Assembly: GCA_012295275.1 (NCBI GenBank)
Contig: CM022666.1
Span: 4,402,001 to 4,466,000 of the forward strand
DNA length: 64,000 bases
Direction: 5' to 3'
DNA from: Chrysomallon squamiferum
Taxonomy: Eukaryota; Animalia; Mollusca
The notes beneath the pieces are model-generated. The model saw only the letters and a program-made list of their open reading frames with translations. It did not search any database and was not told the DNA's origin. Each line of letters opens with the position of its first letter. Positions within the stretch are counted from its first letter, which is position 1. A program made the position numbers and the translations under genes. Shown in pieces: positions 1 to 13,625 of the stretch.

Positions 1-88
1 TCAACATTACTGCTGTCATTCTCATCGTTATTAATATAATGATTAATTTAATGTTTTTCTTCTTCTTTTCCTCATTATTATTATTCTT

Positions 89-121
<33 letters not shown>

Positions 122-139
122 GCTGTTAAACTGACTTAC

Positions 140-214
140 GTGTACACACAATATCCTTCTCTGCAGAACAGTGACTGGTCATATAATGACCTTCAGGACA
201 AGATGTCTGACATG
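140..214 (-). CDS. Coding exon (75 nt, phase 1-1) encoding a TNFR-type cysteine-rich module; gene continues beyond the left edge
   Basis: Minus strand reads ttttcttag|CATGTCAG...GTGTGTACAC|gtaagt. Translation (A)CQTSCPEGHYMTSHCSAEKDIVCT fits the C-x3-C-PxGxY-x4-C-x7-C pattern of TNFR cysteine-rich repeats. It is in frame with exon 841-963. Confidence 0.88.
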
Positions 215-840
215 CTAAGAAAATAAAATAATAATAAAATAATAAAATAATAATAAAATATCATTACAAAAATAATTTTAATAAAAACAACAGTATTTAG
301 TCTGCCTGTTTTAAATATATACGTAATTATTTCTTTCAAAGTCATTTAACAATTTATTGAAATAATTCTCACAGAGATTGTTTTCAGGAAGTAAATTAGA
401 GTCACCTCCCCTTGATTAAGAAAAATTGAATATGTTACTGATATTGTGAAGAGGTTTTATTTAACATTTAAATATATGAATCAGATGGATGTATCACACA
501 CACACCAAACACATACACACACATATACACACAGAAAAACATACAGACACACACATAAATCCTGAAAATGTTAACTTGTGGTAATTTTGAAACAAATGAA
601 GACAGAAATAAAAGAAGATAAAAAGAATGAAAAAAGAAAGAAAGAAAAAAGAAAGAAGAAAAAGATATAATAAGTGACAATAAAAGGAAAGAAAGAAAGA
701 AAAAGTATCTCAGAAGAGAATGAGAACAAAATGACAGAAAGAAAGTAAAAAAGAACGAAAGAAAGAAAAACGTTTTAAAATAAAAGTCTCTTGCTGCTGA
801 CTGAAAAAGAGTAACACATGCCAGTGACACCTGTGCTCAC

Positions 841-963
841 CTTTGCACTGTAAGCCTTGCAGGTAAAAGCCTCGTTTGCACCGACAGGTGAGCGTGGAAC
901 TGACAGCGTCGCAGAGAGCAAACGTCTCACATGCAGTCAAGTTGTCTCGGCAGTTTGAGTAAT
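841..963 (-). CDS. Coding exon (123 nt, phase 1-1) encoding an EGF-like domain
   Basis: Splice context is tttgtgttcag|ATTACTCAAAC...CAGTGCAAAG|gtgagc. Translation (D)YSNCRDNLTACETFALCDAVSSTLTCRCKRGFYLQGLQCK has six Cys with the EGF C-x-C-x2-G-F-x6-C ending and an NLT sequon. Confidence 0.9.
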
Positions 964-1285
964 CTGAACACAAACAACAAGTTTGAGTAATCTGAACACA
1001 AACAAGTTTGAGTAATCTGAACACAAACAACAAGTTTGAATAATCTGAATACAAACAACAAGTTTGAGTAATCTGAACACAAACAACAAGTTTGAGTAAT
1101 CTGAACACAAACAACAAGTTTGAGTAATCTGAACACAAACAACAAGTTTGAGTAATCTGAACACAGACAACAAGTTTGAGTAATCTGAACACAAACAACA
1201 AGTTTGAGTAATCTGAACACAAACAACAAGTTTAAACTATCTGAACACAGACAACAAGTTTGAGTAATCTGAATACAAACAACAT
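953..1285. repeat. 28-bp tandem repeat, 12 copies, spanning the intron/exon junction of the EGF exon
   Basis: The unit gtttgagtaatctgaacacaaacaacaa starts at 953, 981 (25-bp variant), 1006, 1034, 1062, 1090, 1118, 1146, 1174, 1202, 1230 and 1258. Confidence 0.95.
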
Positions 1286-1308
1286 GTTTAAATCAACTGA
1301 ACTAGAAA

Positions 1309-2004
<696 letters not shown>

Positions 2005-2237
2005 TATAGGTATGTATGTACATTTTGATCCCTGCAGTCTTGACCAACAAGAAAATTTACCTTCAACACTCTAATAACAATGTTATTTTCTATATTGAAT
2101 GGTGTAAAACTTGATTGTTTGTGGACCATTTCTTACATTTACTGGACTATCAAACATATGATTTTCTATGAATCAGTTGTTGTACTCAATTATTCTTGAT
2201 TCTTGTGGACCACTTTATAGTTATAGACCTTTTGATG

Positions 2238-2271
<34 letters not shown>

Positions 2272-2289
2272 ATAATAATAATAAAAAAA

Positions 2290-2330
<41 letters not shown>

Positions 2331-2415
2331 ATAAATAAATAAAATAATAAATAAAATAAAATAAAATAAAATAAATAAAATGAATTAAAATAAAATAAAT
2401 AAATAAAAGACATAC

Positions 2416-2508
2416 CATAGAGCTGTAGGCGGGACACCAAGGTAAAGGTGGAGTTTTGTGTAGAAAAGTCTGCTAAATCTGGATCCACTGAGTACATCCT
2501 CACCTTCC
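2416..2508 (-). CDS. Coding exon (93 nt, phase 1-1), spacer preceding the EGF domain
   Basis: Splice context is tgtgtttcag|GGAAGGTG...CTCTATG|gtatgt. Translation (R)KVRMYSVDPDLADFSTQNSTFTLVSRLQLY(D) has an NST sequon, and phases match both neighbours. Confidence 0.85.
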
Positions 2509-2941
2509 CTGAAACACAATAACAACATTAACAACACCTGGCATGTTACTATTATTATTATTGTTTCATTGTTACTATTATTACTATTATTATTATTATT
2601 ATTATTTTATTATTATTATTATTATTATTGTTACTGTTTTATTGTTACTGTTTTATTGGTACTATTATTATTATTATTGTTTTATTGTTACTATTATTAT
2701 TACTGTTTTATTGGTACTATTATGATTACTGCTATTATTATTATTATTATTATCATTATGATCATCACAATCACATAGATACATATATGATATATGCTCT
2801 CTTCCGAAACATATGTACAAACATACACACAAACACACACACAAACATACACACATACATATACACATACATACATTCAAACAAAACACACACACAAAGA
2901 TAGATAGGTAGATAGAGGCACACAAACAAATAGAAGCATAT

Positions 2942-2989
<48 letters not shown>

Positions 2990-3066
2990 ACAGAGAACAA
3001 ACCCACCCAACAACAAACTCACACGCAACAACTTAACAATCTGACATACATAATTAAACAACTCAC

Positions 3067-3289
3067 TCAGTCTGATGTCAGCAGGCACTCCTATTTTCAG
3101 CACGTGTTTTGTGTCAGACGGAGTGACAGAACACACAGCCATGATGGCCAGGAGAGAAAGAAAGAGGAAGAAATAGGATGGGGGCAGCTGACAGACTCCC
3201 AGAGATCTGGAATGGGAAATCGCGTTGTCGCGACAACTGTCAGGGTCCAACTGTACGGGCGTCTGTCTGTCTTCGATGTCAGAGTCATC
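3067..3289 (-). CDS. Coding exon (223 nt, phase 0-1) containing the single hydrophobic segment (TM or signal anchor)
   Basis: Splice context is tattctttcag|GATGACTCT...AGACTGA|gtgagt. Translation is DDSDIEDRQTPVQLDPDSCRDNAISHSRSLGVCQLPPSYFFLFLSLLAIMAVCSVTPSDTKHVLKIGVPADIRL(R). The exon is GC-elevated relative to its flanks. Confidence 0.82.
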
Positions 3290-3333
3290 CTGAAAGAATA
3301 ATAATAAAATAGAAATAAATTTGTGCGTTTGGT

Positions 3334-3385
<52 letters not shown>

Positions 3386-4574
3386 AAAAAATAATAATTA
3401 AAAAAAAAACAAACAAGAAAAAAAAGTATATAAACCTAATTATATATTCTGTACTTCTGGTGATTACTTTATTTTTTTTTTTTGTTAATGATGTCCAATC
3501 TTTGCTAATAATAAAGTATAACAACAACAACAACAACAGCACTGCAAGCTCATGAGGATGGAAAGAAGAATTTTAAAATTTTTTCTGACATTTTGCTTTT
3601 TCAATATCTCAATTATTATTATTTATAATTTAAAAAAATATATACATATTTTTTACTTTCAAATGTCATATTTTGTTATTGAGCTTATTATTTTATTTAT
3701 TATTAACAAAGATTGATCGCCAGGGACAAATAAAGCAATCACTCGAAAGTTTACAGAGTTCATTTCAACCAGTCTTTAATATGAAGTAATAAACTAGAAG
3801 TTAAAACAGACAAGTGACATTTTTTGTTTACCAGGAAATTCATGCTGCTATACAACCACTACTGCAGTTACTTTTTAAACTATTATTTCAGCCACTACTA
3901 CTACTACTACAACTACTATTGCTACTACTACTTCTGATACTACAAAGTCAAAACCTAAAATAACATATTTTTATTTATTTATTTATTTATTCATTTATTT
4001 ATTCTATTCTATATTATTTACTAATTTTTTTTTTTATTTTAATTTAATTTATTTTATTAAAGAAAGAATGAAAATAATGAAAAGAATAAAGTCAAAACAG
4101 GAAAAAAAAAATTAAAATAAGAAAAAATTAAAATAAGAAGATTTAGAATTAAAAATAAAAAGAAAAAAAAGAAAATTAGGAGGTGAAAAGTATAAAACTC
4201 ATAGATGTAGCTAAAAGGTATGGAAACTCTACACTTAACCTGATAACAGTTTTTATAATTATCTGTGTAATACACTGTTAAACATGGTTGAACATGAGAC
4301 AACATTTTTTACTACAAAGTTATTAAATGTGTCACTTAGAATTACTTTGTACTTTTTAGTTTAGAAACGTATTACAACTTTTTCTTTTTCTTTTTTTCTT
4401 TTTCATTCAGTTGTGTGCATTTTAGTTTTACTTTCTTTTTAGTTTCTTATATTTAAATTTAAAAAAAAATAATTTAATTTTTACTTTATTTTTCTTTATG
4501 TAAATACTGTAGGCCTAAATGGATCTAAAGATTTGTTTGTATAGTAGGCACTACAGGCTAAGCTAAAAGTACAT

Positions 4575-4985
4575 TTTGTGTTATACAGGCTATATTTTAT
4601 GTTATATGGGCTATATTTTATGTTACATGGGCTATATTTTATGTTACATGGTCTATATATTATGTTATATGGGCTACATTTATGTTATATGGGCTATATT
4701 TTATATTACATGGGTTATAATTTATGTTATATGGGCTATAGTTTATGTTATATGGGCTTTATTTTATGTTATATGGGCTATATTTTATGCTATATGGGCT
4801 ATATTTTGTTATATGGGTTATATTTGTTGTTATATGGGTAGTATATTTGATATATGGGCTGTATTCTGTAATGTGTGATCTATATGTTATATTTTATGGA
4901 CTATATTTCTTTTTACATGAGCAACATTTTTATGTTAGATGGCTTATAATTTTGGTATATGGGTTATATTTTTGGTCTATATGGT
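4575..4985. repeat. ~21-bp minisatellite
   Basis: The unit tgttatatgggctatatttta repeats roughly 19 times and degenerates to the right. Confidence 0.9.
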
Positions 4986-6106
4986 AAGACTTTTGTTTTA
5001 TTTTATTATTATTATTAATTTTTAAAAACATTTCATTTATTTATTTATTTATTATTTTTAATTATTTAATAAGTTAATAGAGCTATTTTCATGTTAATAA
5101 TACAAATCTATTTAATTCTTTGGGATTTATTTTATCACAGAAAACCAAAACAAGATAGAGGAAAAGAGGTCTTGGGGAAAAAAAAAAAACATATATAAAA
5201 TGGAAATAAAATAAAAGGATAAGATGGACAGATGAATGAATGAATGGATAGATGGATAGATAAGTGGATACATTCATGGCTGGAATGATGGATGGCAGGA
5301 TGGTAGAATCTATGGTGAGATGGATAGATGGATGAATGGATGGATGGATGAATGAATGGATATGTCAATTAGTAGATTGAATGATAGACTGATGAAAGGG
5401 TAGATAAATATTTAGATGACAGATGGATGGATGTAAGTTTTGAAGGAAAGAATCCTATGTCAGTGGAAATATGATAAATACATAGATTAGTGGATAAATG
5501 AATAAACAGATGGATATATTGAAAGAAGTCGGATAAACAGACAGGCATACAGACAAACACAACTATATTAAGATTTTAATATGTGTTTATAATGAACATA
5601 CAATATTTTAAGACATACATCAGGATGTGTATGTGTCTGTGTGTCTGTTTGAATGTGTAATTAAATTTATTAATATTTATATCAATATAATTCATATATA
5701 TAGTTATATATATTTATATACATACATAGAGTCATATTAGTACAGGCTTAGATATTAGTTAGTGTGATACAAAATGGAAAAAGCAAGCATGAAAGATGAG
5801 CAATATTCAAAAAAAGCAAAAATGATAGGCAAAATGTACAGTAAAACCTTTTTTAAATGAAACCTTTTATTATTATTTTTAGTTTAAACCACTGAATACA
5901 ATTAACTAGTCTATTTTTTTTTAATAAAAACAAATTAATGCTATTACTTTTTTTCTTGTCTAACAAATATAGATATCAAATTTTGTACTTATTCTGAGCT
6001 GTTTGTAAAAGAAAATTACTTTTTAGGTTCTATGTTAACTAGTGATGTTCAGCAGGGTGGTAGTTTGAAACCTTTGCTCTTTACATAAATATTCAAATTA
6101 GTGAAC

Positions 6107-6159
<53 letters not shown>

Positions 6160-6476
6160 GTAGTAGTAGAAGTAGTTTTTCATATTATAAAATAATGCAT
6201 AATTAGTGATATTACATTAAAAATAATTAAAAAAAAAATATATATATAATGAAATGTTTTAATTTCTCAGTTAATTGTGTATGTGTGTATCTATCTATCT
6301 ATCTATCTATTTATCTATGTATAAAGTATATATTAAAGCTATTTGTATATATGTATATAATCTATCTATCTATCTATCTATCTATATGTATATATTAACA
6401 CTAATTTTCGCAGGATCTTAGGAATAAAAGGTTCCGAAAAATAAAGGTTTTACTGTAAAGCATACAGTACACCCAC

Positions 6477-6692
6477 TATATATGGAAATCCATCCCATAA
6501 TGCTTCCAAATCTGTCTTCCTTGAGGGAGGCACCACAAGCTCTGGGGGTGATTGTTTTTCCCCATGCAGGGTCACCATGACAACAGTCTCATGAGCTGTT
6601 GGCAGCCTGTCGTCATGCTTGGTTGCTATGGCAACAGAGGACTGAGGTACCATGTGACATGCCTTGGCTGGTGGTTGGGAATGTGCAAACTC
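6477..6692 (-). CDS. Probable coding exon (216 nt, phase 0-0), polar Pro/Ser-rich N-terminal region
   Basis: Splice context is ctttttgcacag|GAGTTTGCA...CCATATATA|gtgggt. The frame EFAHSQPPAKACHMVPQ...LWDGFPYI is open and joins DDSDIED of the next exon. The donor is weaker (GTGGGT), so the 3' boundary is less certain. Confidence 0.68.
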
Positions 6693-6724
6693 CTGTGCAA
6701 AAAGGTTAATTTGTTGTTGCTGTT

Positions 6725-6762
<38 letters not shown>

Positions 6763-6823
6763 TGTTGTTGTTGTTAAAGTGCAAGGCAAAGATATGTTTA
6801 GCAAAAAACCAAGAGCAAAAAAA

Positions 6824-6879
<56 letters not shown>

Positions 6880-6972
6880 TAATAATAATAATAAAATATA
6901 ATAATAATAATAATAATAATAATAAAGGTAATAATAATTACAATAATAATAATAATACTTATAATAATAAAT

Positions 6973-7007
<35 letters not shown>

Positions 7008-7267
7008 TATGGCATGATTAACAACAAAATTCTACCACCAAATGCAGCTAATAATTAATTACGGTTGAGGACCCAGAACATTTTACAGATCTGATAAGTA
7101 CTGTGATTATTAGAATACTTAGTATTCCTTTCAACTGGTTCAGAATGAAAAGTAAAATGTTTTATAAGTCACGGTTAACACTGTTTTGAAATAAATAAAT
7201 ATATAAAAAAAATAAAATAAAATAAAATAAAATAAATAAATAAAATAAAATAAAACAAATAACCAAA

Positions 7268-7302
<35 letters not shown>

Positions 7303-7313
7303 AATAAATAAAA

Positions 7314-7348
<35 letters not shown>

Positions 7349-8922
7349 AAAAAACAAATAACCAAATAAATAAATAATAAATGAATAAATAAAATAAAAC
7401 AAATAACCAAATAAATAAATAATAAATGAATAAATAAAATAAAATAAAATAACCTAAATAAATAAATAAAATAAATAAATAAATACATAAATAAATAACC
7501 AAATAAATAAAATAAATAAATAAATAAAATAATTTTGAAAATATATTATGGCAGTCATAGCAATCGTTATTATGTGCATATTCATGGCAGCCCTCCCATT
7601 AGATTTCCTGGATCCTCAGCTGTTGTTTTAACCCTTTAGCTGATAAAACTGAAATTTCAAAGCAATAAAAATACTCTGACACCGGTGCAAGTGAAAAATT
7701 TATTACTTTAACAGTTTGGCATTAAAAAAAACTAAAAAAAACTCTCTATTTTACCTAGTTCAGTTAATTATAGAAATCTGTATTAATTTTGTCAAGAAAA
7801 GCTTTTATTAAACACAAAACCAAAATTATTAAGCTTATACAAAACCAAAATTATTAAGCTTACAAAATCATTCTCAGAATACAAAGGTAATTTTAAAAAA
7901 TGATGTAATGATGATTGTGATGATGATGATAGAGGTGATGATCATGATGGTACTGATAATGATGATTATGATGATGATTTAGATGATGACAATGATAATG
8001 GATATGGTATTGATGAACATGATTTTTGGAAAATCATCTGCAATGATAATAAAATAAAAATGATAGCAGTTTGGCATTAAAAATAATGATAATCATCTTC
8101 ATCATCATCATCATCATCATCACAACTGCTGTTCAGAAACTAAAAACCCCAACAGAAATGGTACCAAACAGTGAATCAGAATACATCAGAAATAACTATC
8201 AAGAAACCTGGTTTCCAGGCAACTAAAAAACATAACTTATTTAATCTGAAGAGTTCCGACTTTCGACTTCCTGTCTACAAACAGTCCTCGAGTTAATCAG
8301 AGTTATCTTTGCTTAGCTCTCAACAGCCACAAATGCCAGACGAAATCAATGTGCTTGTCTTCAGATAATCTGATGTAAATTTAGACAGCGTACACACTCA
8401 TATTTCTTACTAATTGTAAATTTACACTGTGTACATATAATTTCTGTTAAATTTGTTTGAGCTTTTGATGCAGTAATGTTGTTAATGTTGTCACAGTTTG
8501 TGTGTGTGTGTAAGCATTTGTGTTTATCTCTGAGTGTTTGTTTGTCTATGTGTGTTTGTACGTATCTATGTATTTTCTTTCAAAACCAAATTTGTTGGTA
8601 TATCATTATGTTTTATTTATCCATATATAAAATGTTCAAGCTGGTCTGTTAATTGTTTTAAACAATTTTTAATTGCTACCAAATTACTTTAACCCCCATC
8701 TTAACATGTTAACCACTGTGTTTACATTCATGTTAATATGTTTATGTCTTTTTTATATTTTAGTTTATTAATTTACACTATAAAACACCCTCAAACATAC
8801 TTAGTTTGTTATAATAATAAAAATAACAATAATAATATTTATGTCTCGCTTTCAATATCTACGTATGTGTATATATACAGATGTACAAACATACATACAT
8901 ACATACATACATACATACATAA

Positions 8923-8953
<31 letters not shown>

Positions 8954-9009
8954 TATGCACACACATACATACCTATCTACATGCATTCCATACATGTATT
9001 CATATGTAG

Positions 9010-9047
<38 letters not shown>

Positions 9048-10862
9048 GTACATGAATATGTGTATATGCATGTATGTATATATATATATGTATGTATGTA
9101 TTTATGAATGTATGTAGGTGTGTGTGTGTACATATGTATGTATGTATATGAATTTATTGTATAGCTGATTAAAATATAATTTCCAAGTCTACAGATAATA
9201 CTAAATACTCCATAGACAGACCTCCATCATTTTCTTAGACAGTCTCCGATATTCTTAATATCCTGGAACTGAAATTCTCCTGATTATTACACATGCTCTC
9301 TTTTACTAATCCTACTTGACTAATCCAGTAAACACTGCTATACATTTCACACACAGGACTAACCCAAAATTTAATATTCTTTTAAAGAAAATAAAAACAA
9401 AATCCAGAAATACTTGACCAGAGACAAAAACGCTTGTACCGTAGATTTGAATTCAGACGTCTAAGTTACAACTAATCTGCTGCTTGAAGGATAAGCCGAT
9501 ATCAGTAACCATCAACGTTTAAAGAGTGTTGATATAACCTCACAGGTGTTGATAATGTTGTTGATGTAAGACCAATAAACCCATCAACACATGTTGATAC
9601 AAGAAAAAGAAAAATGGGTCTAAGATCAGAGAAATAATAGTAAACATGTTTTTGTTTAAAATCTTTGCCAAATTTTTAACCACTGTTATTAGGTTTGGCC
9701 TTCAGAAAGCTAAGTATTATGGCACTTTTGAAATAAGTTGTTTGGCCAAAAGAAAAATATATTTTTTTATGAGATACTGAAGGCTTTGGGTTCGAAACCA
9801 CATATTGGATAGTTTCGATGATAGGACTATTTTTGACAATTTAATAAAAAATAAAATAAAATAAAAATAAATAAATAAAATAAAATAAAAATAAATAAAT
9901 AAATAAATAAATAAAATAAATGTATTGAAATCTTATAAGCATTCTTTTAAAATTTAATTTTGTGAGTGTAAAAGAGATCTTGCTGGCAGACAGCAAAAAG
10001 TGAAGGTTATGTGGCAATTAATACTCATTAATTCCTAGGTATATCAATTTATTAGAATAATACATAAGACTTATATTTTTATTACTGCTGCAGTAAGAAG
10101 TCACTGATGAATAATGTAAAGAGAGGGGGATACAATACTGATCCAATATAAAGTTTTTATGATTTTTACGCAACACTGGTTGGAACTGGAAATTAGGTCC
10201 AGAATGAAAGAAAAATAATTGACAAATGATATCAACAGACAGGGACACACAATACAGATCTCTGGGTGTATATAGGTAATAAACTACAGGGATATCTCTC
10301 ATTATATTATCTGATAATATATAATATAAACTTTTGATAATTTTACGCAATACTGGTCCTAGTAATAAGACAGAAACCAGTGATGTGTGACGGTCGCTAA
10401 ACATCCTTAAAAATGGGTCACGTATTGGACAGTGGAAAAAGGGATAGTGAATATCCCTAAACTAAGGGAGCTATGAGATAAATGATACAAGGGAATGAGA
10501 ATACAGACAGGGGAGATAGTGGAACAGGGGGTGAGTGAAAGGTAATGAGTTCTACTGATGTAGGGAGACAGCTGATGGCAAAAATAGGGAAGAATTTTTT
10601 TGGGGTGGTGTCTATAAAGTGGGTGAAAATATAGTGGGGTGTGTGAGGGAGGGGTCTTGAATCCCCTAGGACAGGCAAGGTGTAGTTGGGGTGGGGTACG
10701 TAGTATTGGGTGTGGTTTTACAGTTAGGATGTGCACCCCACCCACCAGTAGAGGTCAATGTGGGTGGGGTTGGGTGTGGCGTGGCTCAGTAACGGAGATT
10801 TCTCTGGCAAGGAGGCCATCTTGTCAAGAAGAGGATAACCAAGTCTGACATTTACAAGTCAG

Positions 10863-10900
10863 GTGTGTGTCTGTGTGTCTGTGTGTGTCTGTGTGTGTGT

Positions 10901-10943
<43 letters not shown>

Positions 10944-11104
10944 TGTGTCTGTGTGTGTCTGTGTGTGTGTGTGTGTGTGTCTGTGTGTGTGAGTGTCTGT
11001 GTGTGTCTGTGGGTGTGGGTGTGTGTGTGTCTGTGTGTCTGTGTGTGTGTGTGAAGCTTGAAACTCTTCCAAAAACAATAGTCTAAACTGACAAAACAAG
11101 TCAA

Positions 11105-11147
<43 letters not shown>
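10863..11147. repeat. (TG)n/(TGTC) microsatellite followed by a ~42-nt poly(A) run
   Basis: Directly visible. Confidence 0.9.
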
Positions 11148-11149
<2 letters not shown>

Positions 11150-12100
11150 ATAACTGTCAGTTTTACTTAAGTGAGAAGAAAAATGCTGCCATTGTTGTCA
11201 GAGCTGTTTTGGTTTCCATGCATCTTAATTAGTTCTGACAAAACATGGCACTGTAAAACTGGGAAGCTTCTGTTAACACAGGAGAGAGCTTAGTTGTGGT
11301 GGTGGCAAATAAAAACAGTGTTTGGAAACAGCGAGGAAACATTTGTCTTGTTGTTGTGGTTGTAATTAATGAGCTGGGCTAATAACTGACGACTCTGTCG
11401 AGAGTTGAGTGGGAGAAATGAAAAAAAAAGTTTTGTGTGGAAGACTTGGTTTGTCATTGATTTTCAAAATACTGCAGTTACATATATGTACACACACATA
11501 TACATACATCCATATATATATGTAAATATGTGTGTAAATATATGTATGTATGTATGTGAATATAAGTTTATAAATTTGTATCTGTATAGATGTACATACA
11601 TACATACATACATACATACAAAAATATATACATACATACATATACACAACAAATATACACACACATATACACACACATATACACACATATATACATACAT
11701 TTATATCATCAGTATGTATGTGTGTATATACATATAGTGTATATATGTACATACATACATACATTTACACATGTGTATGTGTGTTGAGTGTGTATATGTA
11801 TGTATGTATGTATGTCATATAGTGTATGTATGTATGTACGTATATACATACACCAATATGTACATACATACATATATTTACACTATGTAAGTGTCTTATA
11901 CATACACAAGAAAAAGACACACACACATACAGACAGAGAACGGACAGACACTACAAAACCACAAAGTCAACAACGTCTTCGCCAGCTATTGTGATTCCCG
12001 TGCCAGACAGCAATAAAGATTTCACTGAATTAACCCTGCCCAGACCCCGAACACAATAAACTGTAATTCACTCACAGAACCAACACCAGCTCCCTCCTGA

Positions 12101-12119
12101 AATCTAGGTCACGAGGTCA
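12101..12119 (+). promoter_or_regulatory. RORE/RevDR2-type nuclear receptor element
   Basis: AATCTAGGTCAcgAGGTCA matches WAWNTRGGTCA plus a second perfect AGGTCA at 2-bp spacing. This is a motif match only; function is untested. Confidence 0.4.
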
Positions 12120-12587
12120 ACGTATTCTTGTAATGACTTTTCAGCCTTCAGCACGGAAGAATTCAGAACAGGGAGACAAATCTATGGCGGCCATTTTATT
12201 AAACTGAGACCGAAATGCAAATGACTTTCATTACTGCGTTGGTCAAGATGGTCAAAGAATGATATCTGGTCAGGCAATGGATTTGGCTATTTAGGACAGC
12301 AGCACCATATGCAAATGAGGTCTGGCCAATAATTAAGCTGACCACACTTTTTATAATGGGAGTGAAAATATTTGAGTCGGTGAATGACAAAAATATTGAC
12401 TTGGTGGAGAATAATTGTGATTGAAAAGGAGACAGAGTGATTTCCTACTGAGAAAAACAATGGAAATAAAAATGGAAGGTAATTTTCAGTCATGCATGAG
12501 TAGGTTTTTGTTTTCTGGTCACTGTGTTAGAGGAAGGAATATTTAGAATGAGAAATATTTAACAAATTTTTAAAATGTAGTACTGCA

Positions 12588-12646
<59 letters not shown>

Positions 12647-13102
12647 TGTATGTGTGTGTGTGTGTGTGTGTGTTTAGCTAAAACCAAAATACATTATGCT
12701 GAAAAAATAATAAAATATTTAATATCACAAATAGTGAACAAAATTAACTGAAATCAGAAATTAAAAAAATGATAACATATTAATATTAATATTTAATATT
12801 GTAAATATAAAACATATAAATAAATAAATGAGAGAATATAGGGTTTTAATTTCATGTAGCCATAAATTTAATATTAAAATTACCTAGACTTAATAAGATT
12901 TAAAAAAAAATTAATAATTTAAAATATTTATTATTTTCAATATTTAACACAAACATAAAGAGACTGAAGAATTTTTTAAATTTTATATTCGCATAAATTT
13001 AATGATAATAATTTTTTATATTTAAAAAAACAATAACATTAAGGTGGAAATGGAATGAGTTGATACCTGGGGATAAACTTATAATTTATTTTAAAATCTT
13101 TA

Positions 13103-13153
<51 letters not shown>

Positions 13154-13586
13154 ACAAACAAACAACAACCTAAAAACAATAATAAATAAAATTAAAATAT
13201 ATATAAAAATAAAACAAAACAAACAGCTAAAGACAATACACACATTCTCTTTTTTCTTTTAAAACCAATTTCGTCATTTTTTAAAAACCCCCATGAAAAA
13301 AAACAACCCAAAAATTCAAAAAAACGAAAAACGAATTCTAAAAACCTGTAATGAAAATGACTCATAAATAATTTAAGTGCTGCCTGTGTAAGCATACACC
13401 TTAATTATGCATCTGCCAACCACACGCACACATTCATTACAAAAGTAATAACTTCTGACACAAGCAATTTAAAACATCTTATTTTCAAACACAATGCCAT
13501 TCTTCTGCACAGTGTGTCACAACTCGAATGCTTTAAATAACATCCTGTCCGTCCAACTGAAGGTTACCATGACAACAGATACCAGC

Positions 13587-13625
<39 letters not shown>

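Noticed and set aside
710-1229. 170-aa Cys-rich repeat protein as a standalone gene
   Set aside because: Only 841-963 is supported as exon. The 28-aa periodicity is three 28-bp units, and the start is a TTG called by a bacterial-style ORF finder.
953-1285. CRISPR array (28-bp repeats)
   Set aside because: The units are head-to-tail with no unique spacers, there are no cas genes, and the context is a eukaryotic intron.
3097-3288. ATG-initiated 63-aa ORF MTLTSK... at the start of exon 3067-3289
   Set aside because: It is out of frame with the downstream EGF and TNFR exons and stops within the exon.
4576-4987. Tyr/Gly-rich heptad-repeat ORFs (MLYGLYF)n
   Set aside because: This is a 21-bp intronic minisatellite open in several frames, with no splice or start context.
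10018-10848. 128-aa, 112-aa and 69-aa ORFs
   Set aside because: They overlap SINE-like fragments and a G-skewed tract, and lack coherent splice signals or domain features.
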